Origin: Candidatus Omnitrophota bacterium
Lineage (GTDB): Bacteria; Omnitrophota; Gorgyraeia; Zapsychrales; Fredricksoniimonadaceae
Assembly: GCA_016201795.1 (NCBI GenBank)
Contig: JACQCF010000018.1
Coordinates: forward strand, 2,820 to 66,819
Reading direction: 5' to 3'
DNA: 64,000 bases
Shown: positions 9,398 through 19,223 of the stretch, piece after piece
How the letters are laid out: every line of letters begins with the position of its first letter
Position numbering within the stretch: position 1 is the stretch's first letter
The notes under the pieces: generated by a model
What the model saw: only the letters and a program-made list of their open reading frames with translations
What the model was told of the DNA's origin: nothing
The model's database searches: none
Position numbers and translations under genes: made by a program

Positions 9398-10558
9398 TTA
9401 AATTTCTTCCAAAATTATTTCTGCCGCGCGACGGCTGGCGCCGGGGGCACCTAAAGAGGTTTTGATTTTGGCGAGTTCTACTTTGAGCAGCTGTTGTCTG
9501 GTTTGATCTTTAAGAAGAGTATTGATAGAGCTGGCAATTTGTTCTGCATTGGCCTCATTTTGAATCAGTTCATCCACGATTTTTCGTCCGGCCACCACAT
9601 TCACTAAACCGATATAAGGAATTTTCACCACGGCTTTGGCAATCGCATAGGTAAGCCAGGACGTTTTATAAATAATGACCATGGGTTTATTCAAAAGCGC
9701 GGTTTCCAAAGTCGCAGTTCCTGAGGCGACGATCGCCGCATCCATGGCGTTGATGCCATCGTAGGGGGTACCTTCGTAAATTTTAATCGGTAAAGATGTT
9801 TGAATATACCGCTTTAGGCTATCTTTGTTAATCGTGGGCGCTTTTAATAGCAGAAATTGTCGACGATGATCAAGGTTATAGAGTTTTTGGGCAGCCTCTA
9901 ACATGACCGGCAAATGCCGCTCAATTTCTTTTTGGCGCGAGCCGGGCATCAGACCAATGGTCACGCGTCCTGTTTGCAGTCCGACGGATTGAAGAACATC
10001 TGCAGGGGATTGCTCAATTTTGATTTCATCCACCAAAGGGTGGCCCACATAATCCACGTTCATGCCATAGAGGGCATAGAGGTCCTTTTCGAAAACGAAA
10101 AGGACAATCATCCGATCGACGACTGTCTTGATTTGTTTAATACGTTTTTCCCGCCAGGCCCAGACTTGAGGGCTGATATAGTAAATCACTTTGACGGTTC
10201 GATTTTGCTCACCACTAGCAAAACGTTTTTTCAGTTGGGCGGCCAGGCGTAAATTAAAACCCGGATAGTCCACCAGAACCACCGCATCGGGTTTTTGTTT
10301 GTCGACTTCGCTCAAGATACGGTCAAAGACTTTTTTAATTCGGCCCAAATTTTTGAGAACTTCCGCTATGCCAATGACGGCCAGCGATGTGATGTTATCA
10401 AAAAGTTCAACCCCCGCCTCCTGCATACAATCGCCGCCTACTCCAGAGAATGTAATTTCAGAAGATAAGGCTTTGATGGCATTAACGAGCTTTCCCGCAC
10501 GGGTATCGCCCGAGGCTTCGCCGGCTATGATGATAAGATGCTTTTTTTGTGTTCCCAT
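9398..10558 (-). CDS. lpxB: Lipid-A-disaccharide synthase
   Basis: AGEASGD, VDYPGFN, SPQVWAWR, PGSR and SGTATLE motifs. Confidence 0.95.
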   Translation of the reverse strand: MGTQKKHLIIIAGEASGDTRAGKLVNAIKALSSEITFSGVGGDCMQEAGVELFDNITSLAVIGIAEVLKNLGRIKKVFDRILSEVDKQKPDAVVLVDYPGFNLRLAAQLKKRFASGEQNRTVKVIYYISPQVWAWREKRIKQIKTVVDRMIVLFVFEKDLYALYGMNVDYVGHPLVDEIKIEQSPADVLQSVGLQTGRVTIGLMPGSRQKEIERHLPVMLEAAQKLYNLDHRRQFLLLKAPTINKDSLKRYIQTSLPIKIYEGTPYDGINAMDAAIVASGTATLETALLNKPMVIIYKTSWLTYAIAKAVVKIPYIGLVNVVAGRKIVDELIQNEANAEQIASSINTLLKDQTRQQLLKVELAKIKTSLGAPGASRRAAEIILEEI

Positions 10559-11466
10559 ATTTTGTGTGTGATTTCTAAGGCGACCTTGAGGGCTTCCCTG
10601 GCTTCCACACCGGAGACTAAAGGCTTTTTGTCTTCGCGAATGCAGTCGATAAAATGTTCCAGTTCTTTTTGGAGCGGCTCTTCCTTTTCAATGGGCAGGG
10701 ATTTTCTATGAATGCCGTGGCTGTCCTTGGTGTAGATAAACGCCTCCTGTTTGGCATAGTCGAGGGAAATGTAGGCGTTTTGGATAAACATACGGATTTT
10801 ACGGGTCACCTCCGGCGAGATACGGCTGGCGGTAATATTGCACACGCAGCCGTTGGTAAAGCTCAGGCGTGCGTTGGCAATGTCTTCTTTGTCGGTTAAG
10901 ACATTGATCCCGACCGCTTGAATATCTTTGACACTCGAGCGCACCAGGCCCAAAATGATATCAATATCGTGGATCATCAGATCCATCACCACACCGATAT
11001 CCAGCGACCGATTAGGGAAAAGATTGAGCCGGTGGCATTCGACAAACAGAGGATTGGCCGCCAAAGGAGCAATGGCCACAAAAGCACTGTTAAAACGCTC
11101 CACATGGCCGACTTGTAATTTGACACGGTTTCTGTCGGCAGAATCAATCAGAATATCGGCTTCTTCTAAAGTATAGCTAATGGGTTTTTCGATAAAGGTG
11201 TGGATTTGATGCTCTAAAAAAAATTGCGCTATGGCCGCATGGGTGATCGTGGGAGTACAAATGCTAACGGCTTCGGCCTTTCCTAAGAGTTCTCGATAAT
11301 TTTGATAGTAGGGGACATGATATTGTCTGGCCAGAGGCTTACCCTTTTCGGGGTCGATGTCACAGACGGCGGTGATATTGACTTTTGGACGCAGAGCCTG
11401 AAACGTTTTTAAATGGCGTGCGCCTAAATGACCGCAGCCAATAAGGACCAAGTTTATTTTTTGCAT
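10525..11466 (-). CDS. Gfo/Idh/MocA oxidoreductase, GnnA-like (UDP-GlcNAc 3-dehydrogenase candidate)
   Basis: GCGHLG, EKPI, VGHVERFN and DLMIHDID; overlaps lpxB; start set at ATG 11466 from promoter position. Confidence 0.75.
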   Translation of the reverse strand: MQKINLVLIGCGHLGARHLKTFQALRPKVNITAVCDIDPEKGKPLARQYHVPYYQNYRELLGKAEAVSICTPTITHAAIAQFFLEHQIHTFIEKPISYTLEEADILIDSADRNRVKLQVGHVERFNSAFVAIAPLAANPLFVECHRLNLFPNRSLDIGVVMDLMIHDIDIILGLVRSSVKDIQAVGINVLTDKEDIANARLSFTNGCVCNITASRISPEVTRKIRMFIQNAYISLDYAKQEAFIYTKDSHGIHRKSLPIEKEEPLQKELEHFIDCIREDKKPLVSGVEAREALKVALEITHKIWEHKKSILSS

Positions 11467-11473
11467 GATAAGG

Positions 11474-11517
11474 ATAGTAACAAAGCGCTCGACAAAAGTC
11501 AAACCTCATGGTATCTT
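11474..11517. promoter_or_regulatory. Overlapping divergent sigma70-type promoters for gnnA-lpxB and msbA
   Basis: Minus strand TTGACT-17-TACTAT; plus strand TCGACA-17-TATCTT with extended -10 TG. Confidence 0.6.
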
Positions 11518-11526
11518 TGTGCCTTA

Positions 11527-13323
11527 ATGATGAAAAATTATTTAAAACTCCTGCAATTTCTCAAAGGCCATATAAAGCGTTTTATTTGGGCCATTTCTTT
11601 TATTTTGCTCTCATCGGTATTTGAAGGGGTGCAATTAACCCTCATGCTGCCGGTCATCGACCGCATTTTTACCAATAAAAAAATTATCATCCCCAACCAA
11701 GTCCCGGAATTGGTGACGAATATAGTCAACTATTTAAATTCCGTGGACAACCACACGCTTTTTTGGATCATTCCGCTGACTTTTTTGGTACTTTTTGTCA
11801 TCAAACAGGTGGTCAATTTCTGGTCGGATTATTTTATGAACGATGTGGCCCAGCGCGTAATGCGCGATGTGCGCTCCAGGCTTTTTGAGCGTATTCAAAC
11901 CCTTTCTCTGGATTACTTCAGTAAAAAAAGAACAGGAGAGCTGATTGCCCGCATCACCAACGATGTGGCCGTCATTGAAAACGCGGTCTCTTACGCGGTG
12001 ACTGATCTTTTGAAACAGCCGGTATTGGTCCTTATCTTTCTGGCGTTGGCTTTTACTTTTAATGTCCGCGGGACCTTGTTGATTTTTTTGATGGTGCCTT
12101 TTATTGCGATTCCCATGACTATTATCGGTAAAAAATTACGTAAACTTTCTAGAGGTCAACAGGAAAAAATGGCAGATATCAATTCGCTTCTGCTAGAGAC
12201 GATCTCCGGGGTGCGCATTCTCAAAGCCTTTGGCACCGAGCGTTATGAGATCAAACGGTTTAATCAGCAGAATCAGGACTTTTACAGGCTGCGTATGAAG
12301 GGTTTAAAAAATTTGATGCTGCTAGGGCCCATTACCGAGATGGTCGGGGCTATCTGCGGGGTGGCTGCTATCTTGATGTTAGGTAAAGATGTATTGAACG
12401 GCCAATTATCTTTTGGCGTGTTTTCTCTGTCGATTGTTTCCATTTTACAGGTCATTCGCCCCATCAAGAGAATGGCCAATGTGCAGGCCATTTTGCAGCA
12501 GGCTTTGGTAGCCAATGAGCGCATCTATGATGTTTTAGAAACCAAGCCTACGGTGGTAGAGAAACCTTCGCCTCTGGAGCTTGGGGCCTTGCAGCAGAAA
12601 ATTCAACTGGAGAACGTGTGTTTTAGTTATGAGACGGTCTCCGGTAATGTTTTGCAGGAGATTAACCTGACGATTAAAAAAGGTGAGCTGGTGGCCATTG
12701 TCGGACCTACAGGAAGCGGCAAGTCAACGCTGGTCAATTTAATTCCTCGGTTTTACGATGCCACCGCTGGCCGGGTGACGTTTGACGGGGTGGATGTCAG
12801 AGACGTTTCTTTTAAGTCTTTAAGAGGTCAGGTGGCCATTGTCACCCAGGAGGCGATTTTATTTAATGATACGGTGCGCAATAATGTTGCCTATGGGACT
12901 TTTGAGGTGACCATGGATCAGGTTCGGAAAGCTGCACAAATGGCCTTTGCCGATCATTTCATTGAAAAAATGCCTTTAGGCTATGAGACCATCATCGGAG
13001 ACCGCGGCTTCAGATTGTCCGGAGGCGAGAAGCAGCGTTTGACCATTGCCCGGGCTATTTTAAGAAATCCCCCGATTCTTATATTAGATGAAGCCACCTC
13101 TCAATTAGACTCCGAATCCGAAAAATTCGTTCAGGAAGCCCTGGATTCTTTGATGAAAGACCGTACGGTCATTGCCATTGCCCACCGGCTTTCCACGATT
13201 ATGCGGGCGGATAAGATTGTGGTGCTGGAAGCCGGCCGTACAGTTGGTTTAGGCAAGCACGATGAACTTCTTTTTACCTGTCCGTTGTACCGCCGCCTCT
13301 ACGAAACCCAGTTTCAGGTTTAG
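11527..13323 (+). CDS. msbA: ABC exporter, lipid A flippase MsbA-like
   Basis: TM domain plus GPTGSGKST, LSGGEKQR and LDEATS; divergent from lpxB. Confidence 0.8.
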   Translation: MMKNYLKLLQFLKGHIKRFIWAISFILLSSVFEGVQLTLMLPVIDRIFTNKKIIIPNQVPELVTNIVNYLNSVDNHTLFWIIPLTFLVLFVIKQVVNFWSDYFMNDVAQRVMRDVRSRLFERIQTLSLDYFSKKRTGELIARITNDVAVIENAVSYAVTDLLKQPVLVLIFLALAFTFNVRGTLLIFLMVPFIAIPMTIIGKKLRKLSRGQQEKMADINSLLLETISGVRILKAFGTERYEIKRFNQQNQDFYRLRMKGLKNLMLLGPITEMVGAICGVAAILMLGKDVLNGQLSFGVFSLSIVSILQVIRPIKRMANVQAILQQALVANERIYDVLETKPTVVEKPSPLELGALQQKIQLENVCFSYETVSGNVLQEINLTIKKGELVAIVGPTGSGKSTLVNLIPRFYDATAGRVTFDGVDVRDVSFKSLRGQVAIVTQEAILFNDTVRNNVAYGTFEVTMDQVRKAAQMAFADHFIEKMPLGYETIIGDRGFRLSGGEKQRLTIARAILRNPPILILDEATSQLDSESEKFVQEALDSLMKDRTVIAIAHRLSTIMRADKIVVLEAGRTVGLGKHDELLFTCPLYRRLYETQFQV

Positions 13324-13399
13324 TTTTTTTATTGACACTCTAAGTCCTTGTTGGTACTATGGTTATGATTTTTTAAAAGAGTTCAGGGAGAAAAAATTT

Positions 13400-13672
13400 A
13401 TGACTAAAAAAGACATTGTATTAAGAATTACCGATGCTACCGGCATCAAGCAGGTGGACGTGAAAAAAATCGTGCAGAAGACCTTTGATGTGATCATCGA
13501 TGCTTTGATGAAGGGCGAAAAAGTGGAGTTGCGTAATTTCGGTGTGTTTAAAATCAAAGAACGCCGCGCCCGTTTTGGCCGCAATCCCCGCACAGGACAA
13601 AGCGTTCCTGTCCCTCCTCGGAAAGTGGTTGTCTTCAAATCCGGTCTGGAGATGAAGCAGAAGGTCAAATGA
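13400..13672 (+). CDS. HU/IHF DNA-binding protein
   Basis: MTKKDIV, VELRNFGVF and GRNPRTG; GGAG SD; TTGACA-17-TACTAT promoter. Confidence 0.95.
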   Translation: MTKKDIVLRITDATGIKQVDVKKIVQKTFDVIIDALMKGEKVELRNFGVFKIKERRARFGRNPRTGQSVPVPPRKVVVFKSGLEMKQKVK

Positions 13673-14937
13673 TTCGTAAAATTGCCGTCCCTCGTGGGAC
13701 ATCCGATATACTCCCCGATACTGTTCTTCTCTGGGAAGAACTGGAATCCAAAGCCCGTAAGGTTTGTCAATCCTACGGCTACCGTGAAATTCGTACCCCC
13801 ATTTACGAAGCAACAGCTTTGTTCAAGCGTTCCTTGGGGTCAACTAGCGACATCATCAATAAACAGCTTTTGGAATTAAAAACTTCCGGAGAAGATTCCT
13901 ATACCCTGCGTCCGGAAGGCACGGCTTCGGTGGTGCGTTCTTACATTGAGAATAGTTTGGATTCCAGAGAAGGTTTATCTAAACTTTTTTACATCGGCCC
14001 CATGTTTCGCGGTGAGCGTCCGCAGAAAGGCCGCCTGCGTCAGTTTCATCAAATCGGGGTGGAGGCCATTGGCCCCAATTCCACTTCGCCCTATTTAGAC
14101 GCGGAGGCTATTGCTTTAAGCATTCATTTGCTTCGAGAATTTGGTGTTAAAGGTCATCATCTTAAGATTAATAGTTTAGGTTCCAAAGATGATAAAGCAC
14201 ATATCTCCAGCTGGCTTAGAGAGAAATTAGCATCGAGGGTCAATGATTTATGCAAAGAGTGCCATAGCCGTTATGAACACAATGTCTTTCGGGTGCTGGA
14301 TTGCAAAAACGAATCCTGCCGTCGTCTGGTCGATGCCTTAGTGAAAGATTTACCATTATCCGGGACAAGTCAAACTTATTTCCAGCAGGTGCAGGGGGCT
14401 TTAAAAGGCGCTGGTATTGATTTTGAAATTGCTCCGCATTTAGTCAGAGGTCTGGATTATTATACGCATACGGTTTTTGAAATCACCACCGACGGTCTGG
14501 GCAGTCAGGATGCCGTCGGTGCCGGCGGACGCTACAGCGGTTTAATGCATGAATTAGGCGGCAATGAAAAGATTGATTACGGGGCTATTGGTTTTGCGTT
14601 AGGGATTGAGCGGATTTTATTGGCTACCAGCGCTGTCCCGCCTATGGTGGGACAAGGCGCGGGGGTGGATGCTTTTGTGGTTGCCATGGATGAGGCGTAT
14701 CAGCCCCAAGCTTTTTTACTGGTTCAGCAGTTGCGTGGCGTTGGTTTGTCGGCGGATATGAATTATACCGGCGGCTCCATCAAATCGCAGATGAATAAAG
14801 CCAACAAAGCCAATGCGCGTTTTGCCGTTATTTTAGGGGAAGAGGAAATGAAGACCAAAACGGTCTCTGTGAAGAATATGCAGACAAGCACTCAAGAGCA
14901 AATACCCTGGGGACAAGTGGTAGAAAGGTTGAAGTAA
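13669..14937 (+). CDS. hisS: Histidine--tRNA ligase
   Basis: LRPEGTA, FRGERPQKGRLRQFHQ and LVRGLDYY. Confidence 0.97.
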   Translation: MIRKIAVPRGTSDILPDTVLLWEELESKARKVCQSYGYREIRTPIYEATALFKRSLGSTSDIINKQLLELKTSGEDSYTLRPEGTASVVRSYIENSLDSREGLSKLFYIGPMFRGERPQKGRLRQFHQIGVEAIGPNSTSPYLDAEAIALSIHLLREFGVKGHHLKINSLGSKDDKAHISSWLREKLASRVNDLCKECHSRYEHNVFRVLDCKNESCRRLVDALVKDLPLSGTSQTYFQQVQGALKGAGIDFEIAPHLVRGLDYYTHTVFEITTDGLGSQDAVGAGGRYSGLMHELGGNEKIDYGAIGFALGIERILLATSAVPPMVGQGAGVDAFVVAMDEAYQPQAFLLVQQLRGVGLSADMNYTGGSIKSQMNKANKANARFAVILGEEEMKTKTVSVKNMQTSTQEQIPWGQVVERLK

Positions 14938-16376
14938 TGCGTACGCATACCTGCGGTGAGCTTAATAAAACCCATAAAGACCAAGCAGCGATACTCTGCG
15001 GTTGGGTCCACCGTCGGCGTGATCACGGCAAATTGATCTTTATTGATATCAGAGACCGTTATGGCTTAACTCAAGTAGTTTTTGTCCCTTCAGTGAGCCC
15101 CCAAGCCTACGCAGAGGCGCAGAAATTAGGACCGGAGTTTGTGGTTAAGATCAAAGGAACGATCAATGTCCGTCCGCCCAAAAACGCCAATACTGAACTG
15201 GCAACGGGAGAAATAGAGCTTTTAGCCAAAGAGCTGGAAATTCTCAATACAGCCAAGGTGCCGGTGTTTGAAATCGAAGATACGCTGGAGGCGTCCGAAG
15301 ACGTTCGTTTGACTTACCGCTACCTGGACATCCGTCGCAGAAAAGTGCGCGAGTCTTTACTTTTGCGCCACAGGCTGTGCGCCAGTATCCGGTCTTTTTT
15401 GAACACCCAAAATTTTGTGGAAGTGGAAACTCCCGTATTAACCAAATCTACCCCCGAGGGGGCACGCGACTTTCTGGTGCCTTCGCGTTTGACGCCGGGG
15501 ACGTTTTACGCCCTGCCGCAGTCGCCGCAATTATTCAAACAGATTTTGATGGTCTCAGGCATGGATCGGTACTACCAGATCGTCAAGTGTTTTCGCGACG
15601 AGGATTTGCGTGCTGACCGCCAGCCGGAATTTACCCAGCTGGATATGGAAATGTCGTTTGTGGATCAAGATTTCATTTTCGATTTGACCGAGCGTATGTA
15701 CAAGCAGGTATTTAAGGAAGTGCTTAGCATCGACCTGGCGATCCCTTTTGCGAGGATGACCCACGCCGAGGCCATGGCAAAACACAACAGCGACAAACCT
15801 GATATCCGCAAGGATAAAAACAACCTCAAAGAATTTGCATTTTTGTGGGTTGTGGATTTCCCGTTATTGAAGTATAATCCCCAAGAAAAGCGTTGGGAAA
15901 GCGAGCATCACCCCTTTACCGGGATTCATCCCGATGATTTGCCGCTGTTGGAGGCTGGCCAATACGATAAGGTCCGCGGACGTTGTTATGATCTGGTTTT
16001 AAACGGTAATGAAATCGGCAGCGGTTCGGTGCGTATTCACCGACGAGAGCTCCAGCAGAAGATTTTTGACATTATTGGTATTGAACCACAGGAAGCTTTA
16101 AAGCGTTTTGGATTTTTATTGCGTGCCTTTGAATACGGAGCTCCGCCCCATGCGGGGGCGGCTTACGGCATTGACCGTATCGTGACGATTTTAACTGGCA
16201 ACGAATCCATCCGCGATTGTATCGCTTTTCCAAAAACCCAAAAGGGAACATGTTTGATGACGGAAGCCCCCTCAGGGGTGGATGGAAAACAATTGAAAGA
16301 ACTAGGAATCATGACGATTAACCCTTCGACTTCGTTCAGGGTTAATCCTGAGTGCAATCGAAGGATTAAAAAATGA
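14937..16376 (+). CDS. aspS: Aspartate--tRNA ligase, short form lacking the GAD insertion
   Basis: MRTHTCG, LPQSPQLFKQ, FRDEDLRADRQPEFTQ and GAPPHAG. Confidence 0.95.
   Translation: MRTHTCGELNKTHKDQAAILCGWVHRRRDHGKLIFIDIRDRYGLTQVVFVPSVSPQAYAEAQKLGPEFVVKIKGTINVRPPKNANTELATGEIELLAKELEILNTAKVPVFEIEDTLEASEDVRLTYRYLDIRRRKVRESLLLRHRLCASIRSFLNTQNFVEVETPVLTKSTPEGARDFLVPSRLTPGTFYALPQSPQLFKQILMVSGMDRYYQIVKCFRDEDLRADRQPEFTQLDMEMSFVDQDFIFDLTERMYKQVFKEVLSIDLAIPFARMTHAEAMAKHNSDKPDIRKDKNNLKEFAFLWVVDFPLLKYNPQEKRWESEHHPFTGIHPDDLPLLEAGQYDKVRGRCYDLVLNGNEIGSGSVRIHRRELQQKIFDIIGIEPQEALKRFGFLLRAFEYGAPPHAGAAYGIDRIVTILTGNESIRDCIAFPKTQKGTCLMTEAPSGVDGKQLKELGIMTINPSTSFRVNPECNRRIKK
16318..16369. repeat. Miniature palindromic element family B, copy 1 (inside aspS 3' end)
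   Basis: TTAACCCTTCGACTTCGTTCAGGGTTAATCCTGAGTGCAATCGAAGGATTAA; homologous to 62819-62871. Confidence 0.8.
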
Positions 16377-16391
16377 TAAGGAGATGACCCC

Positions 16392-16910
16392 ATGTTAACA
16401 AGACTTTTAAGCTTGCTGGTATTATTAGCCTTTATGGTTGGCTGCGGTATTAAAACCCAGACGTATGTAATGACCAAGGAACGCGTCGGTATTGAAAAAG
16501 GATCAGGCAATGCCGGGTATTTAACGGGTGAGCCTCAATACATTGAGCCTGCGAAAAAAACCCGTCAGATTTATGTGCTTGAGTTAAGTAAGGCTGTTGG
16601 TGAGAGTGAAGTTAAAAAAATTGAACAGGAAACAGCTGCCGCACCATCGAAGGCAGCAACTTCTGCGCCGGCTCCTTTGGAGCAGGCCGTGATTCCATCC
16701 AATGAAGATAAGTCATCAGCGACGGCGGCGGCCTTAAGCGGGGGGGTGGCCTATACCGTTCAAAAAGACGACACTTTGCAGAAAATCGCCAAGAAGCATT
16801 ATGGTTCCTACGGTAAATGGGTAAAAATTTACCAGGCCAACAAAGATAAAATTAAAGACCCTAATTTGTTAAAACCGGGTATGGTCATTACCATTCCGCC
16901 GGTGAAATAG
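16392..16910 (+). CDS. LysM-domain lipoprotein
   Basis: Lipobox MVGC; C-terminal YTVQKDDTLQKIAKKHYG...IYQAN. Confidence 0.85.
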   Translation: MLTRLLSLLVLLAFMVGCGIKTQTYVMTKERVGIEKGSGNAGYLTGEPQYIEPAKKTRQIYVLELSKAVGESEVKKIEQETAAAPSKAATSAPAPLEQAVIPSNEDKSSATAAALSGGVAYTVQKDDTLQKIAKKHYGSYGKWVKIYQANKDKIKDPNLLKPGMVITIPPVK

Positions 16911-16915
16911 AATAC

Positions 16916-17872
16916 ATGGACTTTCAACTGCAATTTGATAATAACCGAGACCTCCAGTTACTATTTGGCCGTTATGATCAAAACCTGAAAATCATCGAGA
17001 AAGAGCTGGGGATTAAAATTGTCCGTTCGCACGACGGGATTAAAATTTCCGGCCCTGACACGCAGGTCAATAAAGCCCATGAGCTCTTTAACTATTTGAT
17101 GACCTTTGTCGAGAAGGGCAAAGACGTCAAAAAAGCGGATATTGTTTATGCCTTGAGGCTCGTCGAGAAAGAAAAAGGTATTGATTTTAAGCGGCTGGCC
17201 AAGGAAAAAATTGAAGTCTCCGTCAAGGGCGGTTTGGTGACGCCCAAGACTAAAGGTCAGATTGAGTATGTCGAGGCGATTAAGACTCATGATTTGGTTT
17301 TCTGCATCGGCCCGGCGGGAACGGGCAAAACTTATTTAGCCATTGCCATGGCGGTCAATGCGCTCAAAAAAGGGCTGGTACGGCGTATTATCTTAACCCG
17401 TCCTGCCGTCGAGGCGGGGGAGAGTCTTGGTTTTTTGCCGGGGTCTATGGTAGAGAAAGTCCTGCCGTATCTGCGGCCTTTGTATGATGCGCTCTACGAC
17501 ATGATGGAGCCCGAGAAAGTTGAGCAGTACGGTGAACAAGGTATTATTGAGGTGGCACCCTTGGCATTTATGCGCGGCCGCACCCTTAATGAAGCCTTTG
17601 TCATTCTCGATGAAGCGCAGAACTCCAGGCCCGATCAGATGAAAATGTTTTTAACCCGCATGGGTTTTGATTCTAAAGTGGTTGTTATCGGAGATGTTAC
17701 CCAAAGCGACTTACCCAACACCGAAGGCAACGGGTTATCCGAGGCGCATAAGGTTTTAGGTCATCTGCCGGATATTAAGTTTATCCATTTGACCAGCGAC
17801 GATACGGTCCGCCACGAACTCGTGCAGAAAATTATTGAGGCCTATGGCAAATCAACCAACGGTTCCCGCTAA
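16916..17872 (+). CDS. phoH: PhoH-family ATPase
   Basis: GPAGTGKT, RPAVEAGE, MRGRTL and LDEAQN. Confidence 0.93.
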   Translation: MDFQLQFDNNRDLQLLFGRYDQNLKIIEKELGIKIVRSHDGIKISGPDTQVNKAHELFNYLMTFVEKGKDVKKADIVYALRLVEKEKGIDFKRLAKEKIEVSVKGGLVTPKTKGQIEYVEAIKTHDLVFCIGPAGTGKTYLAIAMAVNALKKGLVRRIILTRPAVEAGESLGFLPGSMVEKVLPYLRPLYDALYDMMEPEKVEQYGEQGIIEVAPLAFMRGRTLNEAFVILDEAQNSRPDQMKMFLTRMGFDSKVVVIGDVTQSDLPNTEGNGLSEAHKVLGHLPDIKFIHLTSDDTVRHELVQKIIEAYGKSTNGSR

Positions 17873-19223
17873 TTCTCAAACCATTTCCATCGACCAGAAG
17901 GTCATGCTGGCCGTCACCCTTTTGGGTACCATGGTTTTTTGTTATTTTTCAGGCCTTTCTCTTTTGATCCCGCTGTTGTTTTTCTTTTTTGGCTTGCATT
18001 TGTTTTACGTCCGCAAAACCAGTTGGCGGGTCTTTTTGCATTTGACCATGCTTCTGGTCATCTTAATGTTCAGCGTGCATATTCTCAAATCTTATGCCGC
18101 GATCTCTCTTTTTTATATTCCGGTGGCTAATGTGGCCATGATCACCACACTTCTTTATAATGACGTCCAGCTTTCTTTAGCCGTGTCGTTTATGGCTAGC
18201 AGCTTGATAGGTTTAATGGCAGGTTTTAGTTTGCCCGAGACGACGATTTTTTTTATGGGCAGTTTGTCCGGCGCCTATGCCGTTTTGGATGCGCGTACAC
18301 GGGGAGTATTTTTAAGAGCCGGTATTTTAATTGGATTTGTCCAGTTAATTTGTGCTCTGTTACTGAATATGGATTTGAGCTGGGGTCATTTTACCACCAC
18401 GCTCAAACCGCTTTTTCTCAATGGCATTTTATGTGCCATCCTGGTCATGGTGAGCCTAAAAATTTTTGAAATTATTTTTGGCGAGATTACGAATTTTACG
18501 TTGTTGGAATTATCGGATTCCTTGCATCCTCTTTTGAAACGTATGGTCCTCGAAGCTCCTGGTACCCATCATCACAGTTTGATCGTTAGCAATTTGGCGG
18601 AGGCGGCTGCGGATACCATCGGGGCGCAGGCTTTATTAACCCGTGTGGGTGCTTATTATCATGATATCGGTAAAATGGTCAACCCGCAATATTTTACCGA
18701 GAATCAAATAGTAGTGGGCAATAAACATGATGAGCTGGAGCCTTCCATGAGCCGTTTGGTGATCCTCAATCACGTCAAAGAGGGGGTGGAGCTCGCCAAA
18801 CAGTATAAACTCAATCAACGCATCATTGACTTTATCCCCGAACATCATGGCACAAGTTTGATTCATTATTTTTATCAAAAGGCTTTGACCGAAGGGGAAT
18901 CTCAAGAGATTGGGGAGCAGGATTATCGCTATCCCGGCCCCAAACCTAAAAGCAAAGAAACAGCGATTGTCATGCTGGCGGACTCCGTGGAAGGCGCCAC
19001 GCGCGCCATGGAAGAACATACCCCGCAGAAAATTGAGGATCTGGTGCGCAAAGTCATCAACAATAAATTTATCGATGGACAATTGGATGAATGTAATTTA
19101 ACCCTCAGAGAAATTGACGCAATTGCCTCCAGTTTTGTGCGTATCTTAAGCGCCATGTACCACAGCCGTGTGAAATATCCCGAAAAAACCAATGGACATC
19201 ACGGTCAGAAATCTTCAAAGTAA
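17844..19223 (+). CDS. 7TM-HD phosphohydrolase (PgpH-like c-di-AMP phosphodiesterase)
   Basis: TM region, APGTHHHS, YYHDIGK, HHG and ADSVE; phoH-HD-ybeY context. Confidence 0.8.
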   Translation: MANQPTVPANSQTISIDQKVMLAVTLLGTMVFCYFSGLSLLIPLLFFFFGLHLFYVRKTSWRVFLHLTMLLVILMFSVHILKSYAAISLFYIPVANVAMITTLLYNDVQLSLAVSFMASSLIGLMAGFSLPETTIFFMGSLSGAYAVLDARTRGVFLRAGILIGFVQLICALLLNMDLSWGHFTTTLKPLFLNGILCAILVMVSLKIFEIIFGEITNFTLLELSDSLHPLLKRMVLEAPGTHHHSLIVSNLAEAAADTIGAQALLTRVGAYYHDIGKMVNPQYFTENQIVVGNKHDELEPSMSRLVILNHVKEGVELAKQYKLNQRIIDFIPEHHGTSLIHYFYQKALTEGESQEIGEQDYRYPGPKPKSKETAIVMLADSVEGATRAMEEHTPQKIEDLVRKVINNKFIDGQLDECNLTLREIDAIASSFVRILSAMYHSRVKYPEKTNGHHGQKSSK

